Source: Octopus bimaculoides
Lineage: Eukaryota
Reading direction: 5' to 3'
Assembly: GCF_001194135.2 (NCBI RefSeq)
Contig: NC_068983.1
Coordinates: 112,963,147-113,027,146 of the forward strand
Length of the DNA stretch: 64,000 nucleotides
Of this stretch, positions 1-12,239 are shown piece after piece. Both the position numbers and the translations under genes were made by a program. Position 1 is the stretch's first letter. Every line of letters starts with the position of its first letter. Below the pieces are notes generated by a model. That model did not search any database and was not told where the DNA came from. It saw only the letters and a list, made by a program, of their open reading frames with translations.

Positions 1-380
1 TGTATGTGTGTGTGTGTGTGTGTGCGCATGGTTTGGTGGTTTATCTGTTAGTGTGTTTGTGTGTGTGTGTGTGTGTGTATGACGTAGTGGAAGAAATTAG
101 TAGCAGGACTGGTTAGTGGACGCTTATAGACAGTGTAGGTAGGTCAACAGGCGGTTTTTTGAGTATGTGTGTGTGTGTATTTTGTATGTGTGTGTTTGTG
201 TGTATGTGTATGTTGTGTATATGTGCGTTGCTGTGTACGTGTGTGTCCGTGTGTTTGCTATTGTATGTGCGTGTGTTGTTTATGCCCATGTGTGTGTGAT
301 TGTATGCGTGTCTGTGTGAGTGTACATACATACATACATACATACATACATAAACACACACACAGACACATATATATATA
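1..380. repeat. Compound (TG)n/(TACA)n/(CA)n/(TA)n microsatellite region
   Basis: Directly visible simple repeats. Confidence 0.9.
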
Positions 381-586
381 TAATACCTTCCATTATGGAA
401 GGTAATTCAGCAGACATCACTTGCCATTAATATCTAAATAAGCTTATTTGTTTGCTTTCTGTTTTGTTTTGCTGAGTTGATATCAAGAAATACATTAGAA
501 TAAGAGAATAAAATACCTTTGCTGGATGTCTTTTGTCACTAGCATATATGCTAGTGGTATGTTCCTTCTATCATTTTCTCTAATAG

Positions 587-617
587 TTGCCAAGATGAAT
601 TAAAGATTATTGTAAAG
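587..617 (+). CDS. Candidate internal coding exon of an unidentified gene (xCQDELKIIVK)
   Basis: Polypyrimidine acceptor ttttctctaatAG at 586 and donor GTaaat at 618. Open frame t-TGC CAA GAT GAA TTA AAG ATT ATT GTA AAG ends in phase 0, compatible with the next candidate exon. Confidence 0.45.
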
Positions 618-833
618 GTAAATGGAAAAGAAAGAATCTATCTAATGGATTGTGAGAATTTGAGGATGGGCATTTGAAATAATTTTGGATACAGAATAGA
701 AAAATTTAATAGGTGTGTAGCATGTTGGTTTAGTAAGAGACAATTTTGATTTCAGTGAAATCACATTACTTTCTCAGCTACAAGGCTGTAAATTTGTACT
801 TTGAGCTGTAAAGTCAATAGACTTGTTTCTTAG

Positions 834-1009
834 TTCATTACTGCTTCAGCAATATTTTATCAATTTCAGAAAGATGAAACACTAAGTCGAGACTTTCAGA
901 AGCTGAATTTAGAACATGAAGAAATGAAACTAAATACCATAAAACATTTTATCCAGCACTTTATTTATTTTCAATCCACTGGTCTTACTTTCAATCGTTC
1001 AGAGCCTCT
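834..1009 (+). CDS. Candidate internal coding exon (FITASAIFYQFQKDETLSRDFQKLNLEHEEMKLNTIKHFIQHFIYFQSTGLTFNRSEP-L); product not recognised
   Basis: Acceptor ttgtttcttAG at 833 (alternative caatttcAG at 869), 58 open codons of protein-like composition, perfect donor GTAAGT at 1010. Phase 0 start matches exon 587-617. Confidence 0.6.
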
Positions 1010-1118
1010 GTAAGTTTCATGACACTTTGAATTCTGACTTCTACATTTGGAAAATTCCTCTCAAAAGAATTTTTTTTTAATGGAAGACAAACTGTTTCCC
1101 ATACATCCCTGCCCTTAG

Positions 1119-1146
1119 AGAACCATCAAGGTTCTCTAAGAGAATG
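1119..1146 (+). CDS. Possible small exon (L-EPSRFSKRM) continuing the 834-1009 exon
   Basis: Acceptor catccctgcccttAG and donor GTaaag. Phase 2 start is compatible with the preceding exon. Short, so it could be chance. Confidence 0.3.
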
Positions 1147-2958
1147 GTAAAGACTGATGTAGACTGTTATCAATTTTGACACATTTATTGCCATTAGAAT
1201 ACAAAGAGCCAGAGCCAATAGTGCATGACACAATAATGCTATACCAATTCTGCTAAACCACTGCTCAGAACAAGTACTTTATTTATCAACTTTTAAGGAA
1301 TGTTGGCTTTGGCAGTATTTGAACTCAGAGTGTAGATTGTTAGAATAGATAAGGCATTTTATCTGACACTCTAGCAACTCATTTGGTGTTAGAATATGCA
1401 TCCAAAATGTTACTAGTAAGTAACATATCACTTATTTATTAAATTTCTTCACACTACATTATAATATTATTTTGGTAAGAAAAGCATCTGCTAACCAGAA
1501 CATTCATATACAAACTGTGTTAGTACCAAATATTCTAAATCTTGTAGACATAAGATCCACCTATACTGCCAATGTATGACATCCCAGTTGCAAAAGTAAA
1601 CTATCTTCTACAAAAGTCTGCATGCAGAAACTACCATTATCATTGCTATCATCAATATTGTGATCTTATTGAGCTTCCATAGTCTTGGCAATTTACTGTT
1701 TTGTTCTGGCAATTTAATTATCTCTATTAGTGATGTGATTATTGTGGTTAATAAGTTCTTTTGACATTTGCATAATTTTTTTCTCTCTTTTCATTTTAGC
1801 TTGTGATTTTTTTTTCTATCAGTCAAAATCATTGTTATGTTGTTAACACTCTGGTTAGCCCTCATCAAAGAGATTTGTGATCAAAGATGTAACATCAAAT
1901 AACCATCCCATCTTTTTTACTTATAGTATATCTAAATATCTAAAGTTATTTTTCATGATTGTGAAATGAGGAAGATTTGTTTGCTACTTTTGCAGATCAA
2001 GCAAATTGTAAAGGCCCCAACATTGACTCATTTAGAAGGGCTTGATGGCTCATAGGAATGGCTGTTTGGTATTGATTGGTGGTTGTTTTTTTTTACATTT
2101 AACCCCAAATTAATTCTGACCAAGCAGATCTCTAGTTAAATTGCTTTGTAATTTATTGCTGCTGCTAGATTTTATCAATCTAAGGATGAAAGACTGAATC
2201 ACCACTGCACAATATGAGCTCAGACCATATACAGTATGAAACTGCATACCTCAAATCCTCTTGTCCAGTGTGCCAATTCATTCATTAATTATTTCTTTTA
2301 CAAGTTTGGGAGAAAAAAGTTGCTATTTATTAGGATGTGCATGTATATATGTGTATGCATGTGTTTGTACTTAATGATTTTACAGAAATATTAGATATTT
2401 CTTGTTTTTAACGTGTGCCTATGTATACTGCTTAATGTTAATGCAGTGTTTGATACAGTGGTTTATTGTTGAAGTTGTTGATATTACATTCTGTTTTGTA
2501 AACAGTTTACTATTGGTTTTCTTGTCTATATTGAATCTGTCAAATTGCCAGTTCTTTTTGTAGTAGTGTTTTTTCCTTTGATTCTTTTTTCTTTTTTTTT
2601 TTCTTTTTCCTTTGGCTTTCATATTTCTAGACCTTAGATGTCCTTAGATGATTTATATAATCTATGTTGCATTTGGTGTAAGAATCATACATTTACACTT
2701 GTTCCTAGTTTTCATTTATTTCTTTCAGTTGTGAAGTTAGGGTGGTTTAGTTCGATGTTCTCTTGCAATGTTGTTTCTTAGATATAAATAAGTATTTTAT
2801 GTGGTAATGTCTATGTCTGCATTGTTTAAGTGGCTTATTTGAGGTCAATGGCCATTTCCTTCTATTTTACCAAAAAATTTTAGTCCTTTAATATTATTAC
2901 AAGAGATTGTTTTATGTTTGTTTTTAATTTTTATTTTCTTAATAATCCTTTCTACTAT

Positions 2959-3156
2959 AGGCACAAGGCCTGAAATTTTGTGGGAGGGGTTAAGTCGATT
3001 ACATCAACTCCAGTACTCAACCTGTGCTTATTTTATCAGCCTCAAAAGGATGAAAAGCTAAGTCAACCTTGGCAGAATTTGAACTCAGAACGTAAAGACA
3101 AACAAAATGCAGCTAAACAATTTTCCTGGCATGCTAATGATTCTGCCTGTTCACTA
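2959..3156 (-). mobile_element. tRNA-derived SINE, family B (head tggcagaatcgttagc...gagttcaaattc, central gcctttcatcctttcggggtcgataaaataagtacc domain)
   Basis: Reverse complement has Pol III A/B-box-like motifs and matches more than 10 other copies in this window. Confidence 0.8.
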
Positions 3157-4964
3157 CTTTTAATCTTCTTAGTAATGTTTAACATTCTTCATTGGATATT
3201 GTGTTGATAAAACCCACTAATGTAGTAGTTAACTGCCTTAAAACATATTGTATTATTCTGTTCATTGAATTAAGATTTAGTGGAGCTCAACTTTGCCTTT
3301 TAGCCTTTTATATAAGACTAAAAGTGGTAGTAATTTAGTCAAGTTGTTTGATTAATTATATCCTTAATTTTACACACTTTTCAGCCTCTTCAAAAGGAAT
3401 TACTTTTCATGCTTTGATATTTTCTTATTGTTACATAATCATTTTTTAATAAACTAATAGTAGATTTTAACTAAATTTATAACTACATAAAGGAAACAGA
3501 AATGAAAATTTTAAGTTGAAAAACTTTTTCATAGTTTGAAAACCATAAAAGAAAATTTCTGGAAACATTCTTCTCAGGTGTTCCATTTTAATCTTAAAAT
3601 GTTATTCTTTCTATTTTCTCCATGAATATTTAATCACATTTTATTCTAGCTTCATTTCAAACCTACTATAACTCACAATATAAAGTTGACAGATGAGATC
3701 CAGTTTAGATATTTTTAATACTATCGTTCAGCATATCACAATTCTGAATGCAAACAAAATTAGAGACAACATTAACCTTTGATTCACTAAGACGTTGCAG
3801 CTGAGTTAATTCTGTATCATATCTACAACACTTGGCTGAGAGCCAAGCCCAAAGAAATCATCTCTGACTGCCATAACATTAAGCAGATAAGAAAGGACAA
3901 ATCCACATAGGATAAAATTTATATAGAACATCGTAGTTTTACCTTCCAAATGGACTGGTATTATTTTTCATCCAAGTGATAGCCTTAATTAACTTGACTA
4001 AGAACACATTGCAATATCAAATGTCCATGATATTGATCATTTAGCTTTCTTAGTCTAGCTATCCTAACTTAATATTTTGGCATTAGATAACAATGTTCAA
4101 TTGATGCCAGCACATAAATATAGACATTAATAAGAAGATATTGATGTTTACTTGAAGAAAAGATTTGGATGTTTTCTTAACAAGTTGAGTGACTTATTTA
4201 GGCACTCCTTGTTATAAGAGTAGTGATTATTAGAAAGTCAGAGTCAGTTATTTAGAGACAGGTTGTGTTGCAGAAGATGTATTGGATTACAAAGCTAGAA
4301 CAACATTTATCTCTGTAGCTAAATAAAATGACTGAAACTTTTGAAATTGTACTTGTCAAGCAACTTAATCTGAGATATGTTGAAATTGAAGCAGCCATGT
4401 GGTGGAAGAACTATTCTAGTGATTTAATAACATACAAAATTATTAAATTTACTTTAAATATATTACTTGAGATTGCAAAATTTTTGTCACCTAACTGCAA
4501 CCTGGCTACTGTTGCAGTTGTAAAATGAAAAGTTCAACAGTTCATGAAATGAATTTAAAGTGAATTCTGGGCAGATTTGTGTGTTATCAAATGGTTTGAA
4601 TGGTTCATTTACAATGTGATTACTAATTTAAGAAGGTGAATTTATAAATATCACCAATAACTATTGCACCTTTCCTCAGTTCATATATGTCACAGTGGGT
4701 TCTATACTCTTTTTACTCACAGTGTTCTTTGGACAAAGTAAATTCTGTTGATGCATTTTGGGCAAGATATTTTAAAAGTATTTTCAAAGCTCTTTGTATG
4801 TTTTAACTTGTAGATAAAAGAAATTATTGAGTCCTTATTCTTCATTTAATAAATGAAACCAAGTAACATCAAGGTTTCATATTTAAAATTTCATTTCGCA
4901 TATTTCTTTTTTACAAGTATGAAAATAATTTGATTATTTTCATAGTGTACCTAGTTATAGATGA

Positions 4965-5510
4965 TGGCCAGCTATGTTATATGATTTTAGAGGGCCCCCT
5001 GAAACTTTTTGTTTTGAGGTCCCATCCTTTCAATCAAAATTCGTAATCTGCATACCTTTTATTCATAGCTACATTTTACTCTATTCTATATGAAGTTCAA
5101 TATTTCATGTTATCCTGAAGAACATCTTTAAAAATACAACATGTTAAATTTATTTAGGTTTATTACAACTTTCAATAAGGAAAACTTTCAGATATGAAAA
5201 AAAGAGCACTTTTATTATTCAGGCACCTTTTAAAGACAATCTTGACACACTTTTCATTTTGCAAAATCATTGATCAGTTCAGAATAATCAAGCTGAGAGC
5301 TAAGTTCATGTTCAGAACTTTTGCAGGTACAATGTATTACCATTTTATTTCTTGAAATTTTCACTTAACATAGATAGTTTAATTCTTTTTCAATATCTTT
5401 ACCAAAAAATAGATAATTCATCTACGTACTTGGATCTTAACATGGGGCCCCTCAACTGCAGAGACCCCCTGAAACCACATGGGTTGCAAGGGCTTAGCGA
5501 CAGCCCTGAT
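4965..5510. mobile_element. Possible hAT-type non-autonomous DNA transposon remnant
   Basis: GGGCCCC motifs near both ends and a terminal ...acagccctg resemble hAT MITE termini. Degenerate. Confidence 0.3.
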
Positions 5511-5921
5511 CATGGCAATTATGGTTTGCTGCAGTGCACTATTGGGGGACCATGGCTCTAAATTCTTAAAACAGAGATAATATAATTCTAAGTACAATGA
5601 CTAAAAAATGGAGGAATGATTTTCACTATAGGTCTCTTTGAACAGAGCTGATTAAAGGTGGTGTCTTAAAATAACAAATTCATATTATTAGATGGACTAA
5701 TTATATATTATAGAATTAATATCACATATTGTGGTATTACAGTGATTTAGATTGTGTTTGGCAAAATTGTAAGACTATTAGTCAAAATATCTTATAGTAT
5801 TTGTTCCAACTCTTTGGTTCTCAATTAGCTTATACAAGCACCAAACTATTGCTTTTCTATCCTCATTTGAACAATATCAGTAGCATGAAAGGAGACTTGT
5901 TATATGGGTAACTATTGGTCG

Positions 5922-5965
<44 letters not shown>

Positions 5966-5968
<3 letters not shown>

Positions 5969-6437
5969 TCATCATCATCATCATCGTTTAACGTCCGCTT
6001 TCCATGCTAGCATGGGTTGGACGATTTGACTGAGGACTGGTGAAACCGGAAGGCAACACCNNNNNNNNNNNNNNNNNNNNNNNNNNNNNNNNNNNNNNNN
6101 NNNNNNNNNNNNNNNNNNNNNNNNNNNNNNNNNNNNNNNNNNNNNNNNNNNNNNNNNNNNNNNNNNNNNNNNNNNNNNNNNNNNNNNNNNNNNNNNNNNN
6201 NNNNNNNNNNNNNNNNNNNNNNNNNNNNNNNNNNNNNNNNNNNNNNNNNNNNNNNNNNNNNNNNNNNNNNNNNNNNNNNNNNNNNNNNNNNNNNNNNNNN
6301 NNNNNNNNNNNNNNNNNNNNNNNNNNNNNNNNNNNNNNNNNNNNNNNNNNNNNNNNNNNNNNNNNNNNNNNNNNNNNNNNNNNNNNGTGCATCTCATGTG
6401 CCACCCGCACAAGAACCAGTCCAGGGGCACTGGCAAC
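5966..6437 (-). mobile_element. Non-autonomous retroelement with RTE-type 3' tail (...ccaacccatgctagcatggaaagcggacgttaaacgatgatgat), interrupted by an N gap
   Basis: On the - strand it ends in a (GAT)n tail preceded by a motif typical of RTE LINE/SINE 3' ends (recalled family knowledge). Confidence 0.55.
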
Positions 6438-6444
6438 GATCTTA

Positions 6445-6680
6445 TGTATATATAATACAAAATGGCTGATAGTTAGCAAGGTGAGACACACATAAGAAAG
6501 AAGGAAACAAAGGACCACTGATGAGGTCACAGAAGTGTGATGAAAGAACTCTGGCCGAAATAAGATTAAGATTAATGTAATATAAAGCTGAAGCAAATTA
6601 ACACCAAATATACAGTGCGTGTGTTTTTATTGGCTAAACTGGCAATATGACCATCCCCAAGTACAACAACATATATATAT
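6445..6680 (+). mobile_element. Solo terminal repeat (pseudo-LTR) of a Penelope-like element, near-identical to 9955-10190
   Basis: About 235 bp direct repeat of the post-gap segment of the Penelope-like element at 8803-10190. Contains a hammerhead motif. Confidence 0.7.
6512..6556 (+). ncRNA. Minimal type I hammerhead ribozyme motif (copy 1; G-U at base of stem II)
   Basis: GGACCA-CUGAUGA-G-GUCACA gaag UGUGAU-GAA-AGAACU-C-UGGCC: catalytic core, stem II hairpin, near-palindromic stem III, CUC triplet, stem I. Confidence 0.7.
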
Positions 6681-7004
6681 ATATATATATGCATGTATAA
6701 ATAATCCTTAGACAGGCGTGCATTCTGGAGAACATTTCAGGAGCATATATATGGTCAACTCTAATTGATAGGGTCTCTTAGAACATCACAAGTTAGCTGT
6801 GTAGCAATATGACAATGAACAGTGTCGTTATTTTAAAGTGAATCAATGATGACCAGATTTGTACTTCAATTTGTACTTCAATTTGTCACCAGATATCAAG
6901 TCACTGAACAACATAAGATCAGTGCTTCATTATAAACTGTATAACATTGATTTTGCATGCAGGTAGCTTTTTTATCCCCTTATCAGTGTATGTCCCATTT
7001 CTAG

Positions 7005-7205
7005 AGCAGTGGATTGGCAGAATTGGTAGCAGTGGAAAAATATCCCTGTAGTATTTACTTGCATACTTTTACATTCTAAGTTCAAATTCTGCTGTGGTCA
7101 ACTTTGCCTTTGTCTTTTCTAGGGTTGATAACAATGGTATCAGTTAAGCACTGGGAGTCAACATAGTCTACTGTAACTTCCTTCCAAATATCTGGTCTTT
7201 ACACA
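7005..7205 (+). mobile_element. SINE family B copy (degenerate)
   Basis: tggcagaattggtagc ... aagttcaaattctgctgtggtcaactttgcctttg ... matches the other family B copies. Confidence 0.7.
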
Positions 7206-8570
7206 GCATAAGAAATATATGGCACAAGCTTCTCTCTACATCTTTTTCAATATTATTACTAATTGTCAATCACTTTCTTTCCTTTTCTCAATATTATATA
7301 TAAATTTATGTTACAGAGACACTGAAACAGTATAGCACCAGATAATTTACAGTATTTAGTTATATTCATTTATGATCCATGTTTGAATCTCACTGGGATT
7401 AACTTTGTGTTTCATCTTTCTAAGGTCAATGTAAAATCAATACCAGTAATGCAACAATACTGATATAATATCTGTACTCTCTCCCTACCATTGGTGCAAA
7501 AGTTAGAAAATCAATATTCAGTGCCAATTATCTGTGTCTATCTTCATTTAATCTAACACAAATCTCTCTCACCAAAATCAATATCAGCTATATACCTTTC
7601 TGCCCTCTTCTCTCTACAAATATTTTATCATAGATATCTTCCTCGCCTTTTCTATGTTATGAATGTTTATCCCAGTTGCCTCTCATCTCCCTTATTAACT
7701 CTTAATGTCATCTGATACAAACTCTCCGATTATCACTTTCACAGTAATTTCTCACTTTCTTGTTTTCCACTTATCTGTCACTCCCACTCATTTTCACACA
7801 TCATATTTTTCACTCAGCCACACCATCATAGTTTGTCACTCAAGAGTTTATTTTTATTAAGTTCCTATCAGAATCATTCAATACTTAATTTTTTCTTTTT
7901 CTTCACATCTTTTAATTTCTTTGCACTTCTATTTTTTTTCTTTTTTACTCTGAACCTTTTACACATTTCATTCCTCTTCTTCCACTTTCACAATTGATAT
8001 ATCTTCCAATATCTTATTACCACACAGTCTTCTACTTTACCAAAAGAAAGAAAATCATTTATGACAACAAGGGGACATGTTTCTCACTGTGGTTGATGAA
8101 ACAGACAGCCAGATCAATCTGGCAGTGTATATAAGTTTAACACAGTTGAGTATTACAATATACCTTTACACACACATATGCACATGCACAAGTACACACT
8201 TACATACACATGCAAGGATACACTTGCACTCACTATAAAAATCGATGTGCATGTTTATGTGTGTGCATGCATTTACATGCATGTGTTTGCATGCATAAGA
8301 CAAACTGTGTATATACATCTGTAACAATATGCATGCACATGTCTGGTTGCAATCTATTAACCTCTGTGAAACAAAGTATCATCGGACTATTATAAAGATG
8401 AATGTTTTAGACAAAGCATAGAATTGAGTTTCAAAGACAATTGAACGAAATTAAAGGTAAGCAAGTGTTATTTAGGTTGATAATAAAATGTGCAGTAGTT
8501 GTAACAGCTATGTTAGTATATCAAACAGTTGTTTTAGCAGTAATATTATACATGCATACTTCCATCTTTA

Positions 8571-8720
8571 CATTCTGAATTCAGATGCTACCAAGATCGC
8601 CTTTGCCCTTCATCTATTTGGGGGTCAATAAAATACCAGTTGGCCACTGGGTCAATGCATTTGACTTCCCCCCGTCCCCACCCCAAAATATCTGGGATTG
8701 TGCCAAAATGTAAAATCAAT
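8571..8720 (+). mobile_element. SINE family B, 3' part
   Basis: Central domain plus gtgccaaaatgtaaaa tail shared with the other copies. Confidence 0.65.
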
Positions 8721-8765
8721 ATTATATGTATATACACATTGACATAGAGAAATACAGTATGTACA

Positions 8766-8802
<37 letters not shown>

Positions 8803-8805
<3 letters not shown>

Positions 8806-10190
8806 TAATCAAACGCAACGATAGGAATGGGATTTGCCCACTCTATAGGAGCAAATCATGGAACACCATAGAAAGAACTAAGAAGAAAATAGGGAAGGCA
8901 AGCTCATGGTACAATAGCCACAAGTACCAAAGCGTCATGTTCGTCGACACCACCCCTAGAGGCGAACTGGCGTACCGCTTTAGAAGGGCCCTNNNNNNNN
9001 NNNNNNNNNNNNNNNNNNNNNNNNNNNNNNNNNNNNNNNNNNNNNNNNNNNNNNNNNNNNNNNNNNNNNNNNNNNNNNNNNNNNNNNNNNNNNNNNNNNN
9101 NNNNNNNNNNNNNNNNNNNNNNNNNNNNNNNNNNNNNNNNNNNNNNNNNNNNNNNNNNNNNNNNNNNNNNNNNNNNNNNNNNNNNNNNNNNNNNNNNNNN
9201 NNNNNNNNNNNNNNNNNNNNNNNNNNNNNNNNNNNNNNNNNNNNNNNNNNNNNNNNNNNNNNNNNNNNNNNNNNNNNNNNNNNNNNNNNNNNNNNNNNNN
9301 NNNNNNNNNNNNNNNNNNNNNNNNNNNNNNNNNNNNNNNNNNNNNNNNNNNNNNNNNNNNNNNNNNNNNNNNNNNNNNNNNNNNNNNNNNNNNNNNNNNN
9401 NNNNNNNNNNNNNNNNNNNNNNNNNNNNNNNNNNNNNNNNNNNNNNNNNNNNNNNNNNNNNNNNNNNNNNNNNNNNNNNNNNNNNNNNNNNNNNNNNNNN
9501 NNNNNNNNNNNNNNNNNNNNNNNNNNNNNNNNNNNNNNNNNNNNNNNNNNNNNNNNNNNNNNNNNNNNNNNNNNNNNNNNNNNNNNNNNNNNNNNNNNNN
9601 NNNNNNNNNNNNNNNNNNNNNNNNNNNNNNNNNNNNNNNNNNNNNNNNNNNNNNNNNNNNNNNNNNNNNNNNNNNNNNNNNNNNNNNNNNNNNNNNNNNN
9701 NNNNNNNNNNNNNNNNNNNNNNNNNNNNNNNNNNNNNNNNNNNNNNNNNNNNNNNNNNNNNNNNNNNNNNNNNNNNNNNNNNNNNNNNNNNNNNNNNNNN
9801 NNNNNNNNNNNNNNNNNNNNNNNNNNNNNNNNNNNNNNNNNNNNNNNNNNNNNNNNNNNNNNNNNNNNNNNNNNNNNNNNNNNNNNNNNNNNNNNNNNNN
9901 NNNNNNNNNNNNNNNNNNNNNNNNNNNNNNNNNNNNNNGTAGACACATACAATAGGAATACAAAATACAAAATGGCTGATAGTTAGCAAGGTGAGACACA
10001 CATAAGAAAGAAGGAAACAAAGGACCACTGATGAGGTCACAGAAGTGTGACGAAAGAACTCTGGCCGAAATAAGATTAAGATTAAGATTAATGTAATATA
10101 AAGCTGAAAAAAAAAAAATTAACACCAAATATACAGTGCGTGTGTTTTTATTGGCTAAACTGGCAATATGACCATCCCCAAGTACAACAA
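8803..10190 (+). mobile_element. 5'-truncated Penelope-like retroelement: post-RT linker ORF, N gap (probably hiding GIY-YIG), terminal repeat with hammerhead
   Basis: 8806-8992 reads LIKRNDRNGICPLYRSKSWNTIERTKKKIGKASSWYNSHKYQSVMFVDTTPRGELAYRFRRA, matching the PLYR..W...ER...WY....SVMFV..TP.GEL pattern of PLE linkers. It starts directly after a (TA)n tract. Confidence 0.7.
10022..10066 (+). ncRNA. Minimal type I hammerhead ribozyme motif (copy 2; best-preserved in the window)
   Basis: GGACCA-CUGAUGA-G-GUCACA gaag UGUGAC-GAA-AGAACU-C-UGGCC: intact core, perfect 6-bp stem II, 5-bp stem I with one bulge. Confidence 0.78.
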
Positions 10191-11099
10191 TATATATACA
10201 TATTTATACACATATATATATACATATATATATACACACACACATATATTTATATACACAAGAGTTAAGGAATAGAATGCATAAGATCTGGGCTACTTGT
10301 GTTTCATAGCAAGCAGAACCTCTGAAGTGGTAAATATCCAAGCAAGTTGTGTACCATAGGCTGCTCTTCAGGCCAAGGATAGAGTGTGTTTTCGAAGTGA
10401 TATACAGATATTGTATATTGAGAATAATAAGGTAATCAGAATTTTGAATATTATATATATTTTCTATTCAAAAAAGTGGTTTATAATAAGTTTGCTTGGC
10501 CTTTTTATATAAAATTGAAAGTGATGATGTTATAGAAACAGAGGGAGAGAAAGAGAGGAACAAATTAGAAAGGAAGGTACAGGGGCGAGGGAGGAGGAGA
10601 GAGTTAGAGATAGTGAAGATAGAGAAGTAGAAAGAGTGTTTTTGGTGATTTGCAGAGGAAGGGAAAAGAAAAAGAAAAAAGTTTGAGAGGGAGAGGAAGG
10701 CATGGCTTCTGTATCTGTGTGAAAAAACTTGCTTGATTCAATGTTGTTTTTTTTTCTTTTTTATTGACCTTTTAGATGGGGAAGGAAAGGAATTTTTTGT
10801 ATTCAAGCAGGTCAAGCTTTATAATTGGAAGACCAGATGTTGTTGTTTGATTTTCTCCAGTAAGAATTATAATTATATTTCAAGGTCTTGCCTTTTTAAA
10901 ATTCTTTTATATTTATTAATGTAAGGGAAAGAGAATGGTTGTATGGATGTGGTCATTTTTTATTAAAATTCCAGATGTTGTTTTTGATTTAGTTGTGTAT
11001 TAAAAACCTTGACCACTTGAATGCAAAAATCCAGGGTGTTCTTCTTGAGCCATAAACACATAAGGCTGGTTACCCAAATTCTGTAGTGTACATACTCCT

Positions 11100-11270
11100 C
11101 CCCTAGTGGGACACTACACCATCACAGAAATTACTGATTTTTAGCAGCTGAGTTGACTGAAGTAAAGTATAATGAAGCATTTTGCTCATGAATATTGCAT
11201 TGTCTGGTCCAGGAATCAAAACCATCATGTCATAATCATTAATACAACACTCTAAGCCATGCACACCCAC
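11100..11270 (-). mobile_element. Degenerate CORE-like tRNA SINE
   Basis: Reverse complement resembles the heads of 53124-53415 and 62690-63005 (gcttagagtgttg...gattcctggaccag...catgagcaaaatgc). Confidence 0.45.
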
Positions 11271-11394
11271 CATATTTACATATTTGCCTTCATTTTTATG
11301 CATATTTTTTCTATGCTGGCTTGGGTTGGACTGAGGCTTAATGAGATAGAATTTTATAGCCAGGTGACTTCTCTGTCTGTCTCTCTCTCTCTCT

Positions 11395-11428
<34 letters not shown>

Positions 11429-11445
11429 NNNNNNNNNNNNNNNNN

Positions 11446-11486
<41 letters not shown>

Positions 11487-12239
11487 GTGTGTGTGTGTGT
11501 GTATGTATGTGTGTGTGTGTCACCTAACACCTAATATCCTCTTCAAGATAGCCCCCACCACCCATCGTACTCTAACTGTAGCTTTTCCTTGACATCACTT
11601 ACCTTTCTCACTATCTGGAACCGTCTAACTTCATATCAAACCTTTCTCCTTAATATTGTCCTCTTCATGTTACATTGATCACCCCCACTCTGTACCACCA
11701 ATTTCGTCTCCTTCACTACGACCACACATCTCTTATGCACCCCATCTACCTCAGTCTCCCACCACCAACCTTGTAGTCTAATGAATATTTTAATTTAGAA
11801 TAATTAAGTACAAAAACTTATCAAAAATGACATTATCTATTCATAGGATTATATTAACTTTATTACAAGTTTGAAAAATATAATTTATTGCTAGGAGTAG
11901 TATGGTATAGGCACAAAGAAGGATGTTATTTAATTAAAAACAGCATAGAGTAAATATATTGTATCTAATACAGAAACATTAATGTGTGTCAAAAAAAAAA
12001 AGGAAGATAAATAGAAAGAAGCAGTTTGGACAAATATGCAAAAGACTAAGACGTGCAGGAAGATGAATATAAAATATGTCTATTTTAAAATGTCATTATA
12101 ATAATGACTTTACCATATACAGTGCTCAGGTGACTACAACTCGTAAGAAAACGTAATCAAAGGTGCATATATATATATATATATATATACTACATAGAAT
12201 AATACACAAAGACAGGAGAGTGAACTCTGAATGAGTCAT

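Noticed and set aside
113-405. His/Thr- or Cys/Val-rich ORFs here and at about 16560, 29300, 39500 and 47070
   Set aside because: Translations of (CA)n/(TG)n/(TA)n microsatellites.
1996-2056. Acceptor ttttgcAG followed by IKQIVKAPTLTHLEGLDGS* as a terminal exon
   Set aside because: Lies in what appears to be a degenerate interspersed repeat (1840-2030); the splice match is probably chance.
4319-4528. ORF LNKMTETFEIVLVKQLNLRYVEIEAAMWWK as a terminal exon of the 587-1146 gene
   Set aside because: Acceptor and phase are plausible, but there is no homology or further support; indistinguishable from AT-rich noise.
5981-10128. Long ORFs in the track (150-380 aa) spanning 6061-6386 and 8993-9938, and likewise at 20236-20708, 25111-25794, 41568-41954 and 45579-45758
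   Set aside because: They are open only because they run through N gaps (X residues). Only the 8806-8992 PLE portion is meaningful.
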